Shown here piece by piece: positions 7,140 through 10,445 of a stretch of 10,445 bases of DNA. The notes beneath the pieces are model-generated. The model saw only the letters and a program-made list of their open reading frames with translations, ran no database searches and was not told where the DNA came from. This DNA is from a candidate division WOR-3 bacterium (GTDB lineage Bacteria > Hydrothermota > Tepidihabitantia > Tepidihabitantales > Tepidihabitantaceae). How positions within the stretch are numbered: position 1 is the first letter of the stretch; every line of letters starts with the position of its first letter. The stretch covers positions 1-10,445 of the forward strand of contig JBDRUH010000051.1 of the NCBI GenBank assembly GCA_039801225.1, read 5' to 3'. Position numbers and translations under genes: made by a program.

Positions 7140-8732
7140 ATGAAACATAAATTAACCCTATTGTTGCTGGCTGCCGTAAGCCTTTGGCTCGGGGCAGCAG
7201 ATGATGCGGCTGTTTTACCCTCCCCGGGTGTTACCGCAGCGCCCACAACTGACAAACTCCTTACGAGAACTGATGCCATTACTATTCCAAGAATGCTCTC
7301 CTATCAGGGAAAACTGACCGACACTCTGGGCAATCCGGTTCCGGATGGCAACTACCAGTTGACATTCAGACTTTACACCCAGGAGACCGGTGGAACTCCA
7401 TTCTGGACCGAGGCGCAGACGCTCACCGTAAAAAAAGGCTACTTTTCCGCGCTTTTAGGTGCGGTCAATCCGATAGGTTCTGTTCCTGATGCAGGGGTTT
7501 TATATCTCAGCCTGCAAGTTGGCGTTTCTCCGGAGTTGAGTCCCAGGTTAAGGATTGCCTCCTCTGCCTATGCCTATCTTGCTGGTAAAGCCGATACCGC
7601 CAACTACGCCCTTGCTGGTGGTGATATGACCTGGGTGCGGGGAACCCCCGACAGTGTGTTATTTACCATCCACCAACTTGGCATTGCCCGCGGCGGGTCA
7701 AACAATATGCTCTATGGCAGCAATCGCCATACCCACACCAATCTTGGCGTTTCTTGCACAACCGGCACCTCAGGACAAGACTATTCGTATTGCACGGTGA
7801 CCGGTGGCCATGACAACACGGCGAGCGGCTATTGTGCCACGGTTGGCGGCGGTCAATCCAACACGGCGAGCTACGACTATGCCACAGTTGCTGGTGGCTA
7901 TACGAACACGGCGAGCGGTCACATGGCCACGGTTGCCGGCGGCCGAGCCAACACGGCGAGCGGCGACTATGCCACAGCTACCGGCTATTTGAACACAGCG
8001 AGCGGCAACTACGCCACGGTTGCCGGCGTTTACAGCACGGCGAGCGGCAACTATGGCACAGCTACCGGCTATGCTGACACCTCTGCTGCCACTTCCAGTT
8101 TCACTACAAACAACCATTCGGTAGTTCCCTCAGGATATTACAACTCTGCAGCCTTCAACGGTCAGACCGCAACCGCCGCAAACCAGTTGCGCTGCGGTGC
8201 GCTCTCCAAGGCGTCAGGCTCCTTCACGATTGACCATCCGCTTGACCCCTATCATAAGATTTTAAACCACTACTTCATTGAAGGACCGGAGATGAGAAAT
8301 ATCTACGAAGGCAGTGTTGTCCTTGATGCCTCAGGCAGAGCTGAAGTGAAACTGCCCGACTACTTCTCGGTGCTAAACCGAAATCCACACATCCAGTTAA
8401 CCGGTGTTGGCACAAAAGAGGTTGTTTATGTGGCTGAGGATGTAAAGGGCAACCGGTTTGTGATTGGCGGTCCAGCAAATGCCAAGGTGTACTGGCAGGT
8501 AACCGGCGAGCGGCAGGATGTCTCAGCCGAGGCAACAAGGAGGATGATGCCGGTTGAACAACCAAAGACCGGTGAACTTGCGGGCAGGATGCTTGATGAC
8601 GACTTCCTTGCTGGCTGTATGCTCCAACTTGAGCGTGAGGGCAAGGCGTCTGGTCTTGATTTCCGCACCGCTGCTGGACGAGCCCGCTATGAACAGATGA
8701 AGAACCCGCCAAAACCAGAAATGGAAAGATAA
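7140..8732 (+). CDS. Secreted fibre/adhesin-like protein A (Ig-like SYQGKLTD domain, 15-aa ATVAGG repeats, C-terminal IDHPLDP domain)
   Basis: Signal peptide; SD AAGGAGAGG; LSYQGKLTD..DGNYQLTFRLY..PFWTE; repeats at 7791-8096; SKASGSFTIDHPLDP..EGPEMRNIYEG..VKLPDYF..VYWQVTGERQD. Confidence 0.8.
   Translation: MKHKLTLLLLAAVSLWLGAADDAAVLPSPGVTAAPTTDKLLTRTDAITIPRMLSYQGKLTDTLGNPVPDGNYQLTFRLYTQETGGTPFWTEAQTLTVKKGYFSALLGAVNPIGSVPDAGVLYLSLQVGVSPELSPRLRIASSAYAYLAGKADTANYALAGGDMTWVRGTPDSVLFTIHQLGIARGGSNNMLYGSNRHTHTNLGVSCTTGTSGQDYSYCTVTGGHDNTASGYCATVGGGQSNTASYDYATVAGGYTNTASGHMATVAGGRANTASGDYATATGYLNTASGNYATVAGVYSTASGNYGTATGYADTSAATSSFTTNNHSVVPSGYYNSAAFNGQTATAANQLRCGALSKASGSFTIDHPLDPYHKILNHYFIEGPEMRNIYEGSVVLDASGRAEVKLPDYFSVLNRNPHIQLTGVGTKEVVYVAEDVKGNRFVIGGPANAKVYWQVTGERQDVSAEATRRMMPVEQPKTGELAGRMLDDDFLAGCMLQLEREGKASGLDFRTAAGRARYEQMKNPPKPEMER
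7791..8096 (+). repeat. Coding tandem repeat, 7 units of 45/42 bp
   Basis: Units start at 7791, 7836, 7881, 7926, 7971, 8013 and 8055; core AAC ACG GCG AGC GGC and GCC ACR GTT. Confidence 0.9.
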
Positions 8733-8741
8733 GGAGGGAAA

Positions 8742-8849
8742 ATGGCAAACAAAATCTCCCCAGATAAGGCAAAACTCAAAACCTGTGCCGCGAATGAAAG
8801 GGATTCCTCCACTTCGGTCGGAATGACCAAAGCCGAGGGCTCGGAATGA
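8742..8849 (+). CDS. Possible 35-aa small ORF or gene remnant
   Basis: TAAGGAGG overlaps the gene A stop; ATG follows 4 nt later; MANKISPDKAKLKTCAANERDSSTSVGMTKAEGSE. Confidence 0.25.
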   Translation: MANKISPDKAKLKTCAANERDSSTSVGMTKAEGSE

Positions 8850-8850
8850 C
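8802..8850 (-). repeat. CGTC/GTCA-type REP-like palindrome plus partial second copy
   Basis: GATTCCTCCACTTCGGTCGGAATGAC (reverse complement GTCATTCCGACCGAAGTGGAGGAATC); TCGGAATGAC repeated at 8818 and 8841. Confidence 0.6.
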
Positions 8851-8945
8851 TGAGCCAAGAGGTTTTGAATGAGAGGATTTCCCATAGTGCAATGCGCCGG
8901 CTCTAAATGAGAAATAACAGTGTCTTTGATGCCTTTTTGCAGAAC

Positions 8946-8973
8946 TTGACAGAAGGGTTTAAAATGGTACAGT
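8946..8973 (+). promoter_or_regulatory. Sigma70-type promoter for fibre gene B
   Basis: TTGACA-N16-TACAGT with TG-n extended -10; hairpin at 8979-9007; SD AAGGAGG just before ATG 9042. Confidence 0.6.
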
Positions 8974-9041
8974 TAGATGCTGCTCAAGTTTAGCCAACTC
9001 GGGCAGCGAGGGCTGTTAGGTTAAAACAAAAGGAGGTCAAA

Positions 9042-10445
9042 ATGACCCGCTACATCGTAGTGCTTTTGGCTACCCTGAGCTGGCTACTCTGGGCAGCAGA
9101 TGATGCGGCTGTTTTACCCTCTCAGGGTGTTACCGCAGCACCCTTAACTGACAACCTGATTGCAGCAACTGACGCAATTGCTATTCCCAGGATGCTCTCC
9201 TATCAGGGAAAACTCACCGACTCTTTAGGCAACCCGGTTCCTGATGGCAACTACCAGTTGACCTTCAGGCTCTACACCGAGGAGACCGGTGGCTCTCCCT
9301 TCTGGACAGAAGAGCAGACAATCACAGTGAGAAACGGGCTTTTCTCTGCGCTCTTAGGCGCAGTAACACCGATAGGCTCTGTTCCTGATGCCGGTGTTCT
9401 CTATCTCAGCCTGCAGGTAGGCACAGGTTCAGAGTTGACCCCGAGGTTAAGGATTGTCTCCGCTGCCTATGCCTTTCTTACTGAGCGTGCGGCAAACTCC
9501 GACCTCTTGCAGGGCAAGGATACAACTGCACTTGACTCAAGGTATGTCAATGAGAGTCAGGCAAACTCCATCACCAGCGCAATGATTGTTGATGGCACGA
9601 TTGCTACCGCTGACATTGCCAACAATGCCATCACCAGCGCCAAGATTGGCAATGGTGAGGTGACGATGCCCAAGATAAACCAGTCTGGTGCCACCCTGAA
9701 TCAGGTTATCAAATGGAACGGCACCCAGTGGGCACCGGCAAATGACAGTGTCGGTGTTGGTCAGGCTGATAATGCCTGGGTGCGCGGGACTCCGGATTCA
9801 GTACTTTTTACCATTCGGCGACTTGGCATCGCCCGCGGTGGCTCGGGCAATATGCTTTATGGCGACCTGCGCTGGACCCACACCAATCTTGGCTTAGCCT
9901 GCACAACCGGGACAAACGGACAGAACTATGATTATTGCACGGTTGCTGGCGGCTGGAACAATGGGGCGACTGGCGATGTTGCCACGGTTGCCGGTGGTGC
10001 GGACAACAGGGCAAGCGGCAACCGCGCCACGGTTGCCGGCGGCGGGGCCAACAGGGCGAGCGGCTATGCTGCCACGGTTGCCGGCGGCTTGCTCAACCTG
10101 GCGAGCGGCAGTTATGCCACGGTTGGAGGTGGGGACAGTGGAACGGCGAGTGGTACTTATGCCACGGTTGGGGGCGGCAGGCTCAACCTGGCGAGCGCCA
10201 GTTATGCCACGGTTGCCGGCGGCAACACCAACACGGCGAGCGAGAATTATGCCACGGTTGCCGGAGGGCGCTTGGATACAGTAAAGGCTGTTTATGGCGG
10301 GATACTCTCTGGCTATAACAACCTGGCAGGGGATACGGCAACAGATACCGCAGCAACCATTGCCGGTGGATATGATAATTCGGCAATTGCAAAATATACC
10401 TTCATTGGCGGCGGCAGGTACAACACGGCGAGCGAAATTTATGCC
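9042..10445 (+). CDS. Secreted fibre/adhesin-like protein B, paralog of 7140-8732 (3' end outside window)
   Basis: Hand translation: ATG 9042 after AGGAGG, open for 468 codons to the window end. MTRYIVVLLATLSWLLWAADDAAVLPS..IPRMLSYQGKLTDSLGNPVPDGNYQLTFRLY..WVRGTPDSVLFTI..ATVAGG repeats. Confidence 0.88.
   Translation, partial: MTRYIVVLLATLSWLLWAADDAAVLPSQGVTAAPLTDNLIAATDAIAIPRMLSYQGKLTDSLGNPVPDGNYQLTFRLYTEETGGSPFWTEEQTITVRNGLFSALLGAVTPIGSVPDAGVLYLSLQVGTGSELTPRLRIVSAAYAFLTERAANSDLLQGKDTTALDSRYVNESQANSITSAMIVDGTIATADIANNAITSAKIGNGEVTMPKINQSGATLNQVIKWNGTQWAPANDSVGVGQADNAWVRGTPDSVLFTIRRLGIARGGSGNMLYGDLRWTHTNLGLACTTGTNGQNYDYCTVAGGWNNGATGDVATVAGGADNRASGNRATVAGGGANRASGYAATVAGGLLNLASGSYATVGGGDSGTASGTYATVGGGRLNLASASYATVAGGNTNTASENYATVAGGRLDTVKAVYGGILSGYNNLAGDTATDTAATIAGGYDNSAIAKYTFIGGGRYNTASEIYA
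9936..10295 (+). repeat. Coding tandem repeat, 8 units of 45 bp, with degenerate units continuing to the window end
   Basis: GCCACGGTTG at 9981, 10026, 10071, 10116, 10161, 10206 and 10251; TGCACGGTTG at 9936. Confidence 0.92.

Noticed and set aside
7791..10295. 45-bp repeats as a CRISPR array
   Set aside because: Units are in-frame coding repeats within long ORFs, variable segments are only a few codons, and no cas genes are present
7140..10445. Diversity-generating retroelement TR/VR pair
   Set aside because: No reverse transcriptase in the window, both copies are full genes with SD and signal peptide, and differences are not confined to adenines
7140..10445. Prophage tail module
   Set aside because: Both proteins have Sec-type signal peptides and no phage structural, integrase or lysis genes are nearby

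Overview
Bacterial chromosomal window, probably FCB-related. The C-terminal sorting domain style suggests candidate phylum WOR-3; this is an inference from remembered motifs and was not searched. Left to right: (1) a large minus-strand secreted protein missing from the ORF track (GTG 1878, open past base 1) with FN3/Ig-like domains followed by a gingipain/C25-like domain; (2) a small single-TM protein; (3) a divergent operon of bifunctional FTCD, a PHP phosphoesterase and a DUF4159-like protein; (4) a YVTN/YncE beta-propeller with a T9SS-like CTD behind a ~130-nt, potentially structured leader; (5) two tandem paralogous signal-peptide-bearing fibre/adhesin-like genes (7140-8732, and 9042 to beyond 10445, the second missing from the ORF track). 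The paralogs are built from 45-bp/15-aa repeats with a conserved scaffold and hypervariable positions. Non-coding signals include five TTGACA promoters, a perfect 12-bp inverted repeat inside a signal-peptide coding region, GTAG- and CGTC-type REP-like elements, and degenerate 7-bp repeat tracts. I saw no CRISPR array, rRNA, tRNA, transposase, integrase or reverse transcriptase.
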